Of a stretch of 64,000 bases of DNA, positions 62,100 to 64,000 are shown piece after piece. Each line of letters begins with the position of its first letter. The first letter of the stretch is position 1. Made by a program: the position numbers and the translations under genes. The stretch comes from Squalus acanthias (Eukaryota), in assembly GCA_030390025.1 (NCBI GenBank), contig CM059431.1:129954001-130018000 (forward strand). Direction: 5' to 3'. The notes beneath the pieces are model-generated. The model was given only the letters and a program-made list of their open reading frames with translations, was not told the DNA's origin and made no database searches.

Positions 62100-64000
62100 A
62101 ATCATACCTATCAGCCAATGTCCCAGACTTGTCCATCACCATCCTGGGTATGTCCTGTCCCACCGGCAGGACAGACCCACCAGAGATGGCGGCACAGTGG
62201 TATACAGTCAGGAGGGAGTGGCCCTCGGAGTCCTCAACATTGACTCCGGACCTCATGAAGTCTCATGGCTTCAGGTCAAGCATGGGCAAGGAAACCTCCT
62301 GCCAATTACCACCTACCGCCCTCCCTCAGCTGATGAATCAGTACTCCTCCATGTTGAACAACACTTGGAAGAAGCACTGAGGGTAGCAAGGCCACAGAAT
62401 GTACTCTGGGTGGGTGATTTCAATGTCCATCACCAAGAGTGGTTCGGTAGCACCACTACTGACTGAGCTGGCCGAGTCCTGAAGGACATAGCTACCAGAC
62501 TGGGCCTGTGGCAGGTGGTGAGAGAACCAACATGAGAGAAAAACCTACTTGACCTTGGTCTTCACCTGTCCATGACCACCATCGAGTCCTTGTGGAGACG
62601 ACGTCCTGTCTTTACACTGAGGACACCCTCCATCGTGTTGCGTTGCACTACCACCGTGCTAAATGGGATAGATTCAGAACAGATCTAGCAGCTCAAAACT
62701 GGGCATCCATGAGGCGCTGAGGGCCATCAGCAGCAGCAGAATTGTATTCCACCACAATCTGTAACCTCATGGTCCAGCATATCCCTCACTCTACCATTAC
62801 CATCAAGCCAGGGGACCAACCCTGGTTCAATGAGGAGTGTAGAAGCGCATGCCAGGAGCAGCACCAGGTGTACCTAAAACTGAGGTGCCAACCTGGGGAA
62901 GCACCAGCACAGGACTACATGCATGCTAAACAGCGAAAGTAGCATGCTATCGACAGAGCTAAGCGATCCCACAATCAACGGATCAGATCAAAGCTCTGCA
63001 GTCCTGCCAAATCCAGTCAGATTCAACCAATTCAATCCACTCCATGTGATATCAAGAAATGGCTGAGCGCACTGGATACAGCAGAAGCTATGAGCCCCGA
63101 CAACATCCCGGCTGTCGTGCTGAAACCTCCAGAACTAGCTGCGCCTCTAGCTAAGCTGTTCCAGTACAGCTACAACACTGGCATCTACCCGACAATGTGG
63201 AAAACTGCCCAGTTATGTCCTGTCCATAAAAAGCAGAACAAATCCAATCCGGACAATTACTGCCCCATCAGTCTACACTCAATCATCAGCAAAGTAATGG
63301 AAGGTGTCGCCAACAGTGCTATCAAGCAGCACTTACTCACCAATAACCTGCTCACCGATGCTCAGTTTGAGTTCCGCCAGGACCACTCGGCTCCAGACCT
63401 CATTACAGCCTTGGTCCAAACATGGACAAAAGAGCTGAATTCCAGAGGTGAGTTGAGAGTGACTGCACTTGACAGCAAGGCAGCATTTGACCGTGTGTGG
63501 CATCAAGGAGCCCTCGTAAAATTGAAGTCAATGGGAATCAGGGGGAAAACTCTCCACTGGCTGGAGTCATACCTAGCACAAAGGAAGATGGTTGTGGTTT
63601 TTGGAGGTCAAATATCTCAGCCCCAGGACATCACTGCAGGAGTTCCTCAGGGCAGTGTCCTAGGCCCAACCATCTTCAGCTGCTTCATCAATGACCTTCC
63701 CTCCATCATAAGGTCAGAAGTGGGGATGTTCGCTGATGACTGCACAGTGTTGAGTTCTATTCGCAACTCCTCAGATAATGAAGCAGTCCACGTCCGCATG
63801 CAGCAAGACCTGGACGACCTGATAAGTGGCAAGTAACATTCGCGCCACACAAATGCCAGGCAATGACTATCTCCAACAAGCGAGAGTCTAACCACTGCCT
63901 CTTGACATTCAACGGCATTACCATCGCTGAATCCCCCACCAACAACATCCTGGGGGTCACCATTGACCAGAAACTTAACTGGACCTGCCACATAAATACT
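62100..64000 (+). mobile_element. Non-LTR 'family B' LINE: APE endonuclease and RT, with deletions; runs off the window
   Basis: RQDRPTRDGGTVVY, TYRPPS and VGDFNVHH (APE). ORF 63090-63836 has RT with FADD. Homologous to 54585-56106. Confidence 0.92.

Overview
Eukaryotic DNA that is almost entirely transposable-element derived. It is most likely intronic or intergenic sequence from a shark or other elasmobranch, inferred from abundant CR1/HER1-type LINEs, HE1-like V-SINE and SacSINE1-like DeuSINE sequences. I could not confidently identify any host protein-coding gene. Main contents: about 15 CR1 LINE fragments; L2 fragments; a second APE-RT LINE family ('family B'); a Vingi/Ingi-like LINE fragment; two full-length Gypsy LTR retrotransposons on the minus strand. 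The first (16310-20408) is young and GC-rich, with a tRNA-Trp PBS and the protease active site deleted. The second (56766-60685) is Mag-like, with 125-bp LTRs, a tRNA-Ser PBS and a 5-bp TSD. Also present: two unusually long candidate solo LTRs (9406-11092 with a perfect 4-bp TSD; 28021-29394); many PIF/Harbinger-type elements and MITEs, some with Myb/SANT remnants and one with a visible intron; Tigger/pogo MITEs and a decayed transposase; three SINE families whose tails match LINEs in the same window; and Penelope-like terminal-repeat remnants with a degenerate minimal hammerhead ribozyme. I found no clearly new biological system. The best leads are the long solo LTRs, the protease-less Gypsy, the hammerhead remnant and a doubled CR1 3' stem-loop. 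Family names come from recognition, not database searches, and boundaries of degraded elements are approximate.
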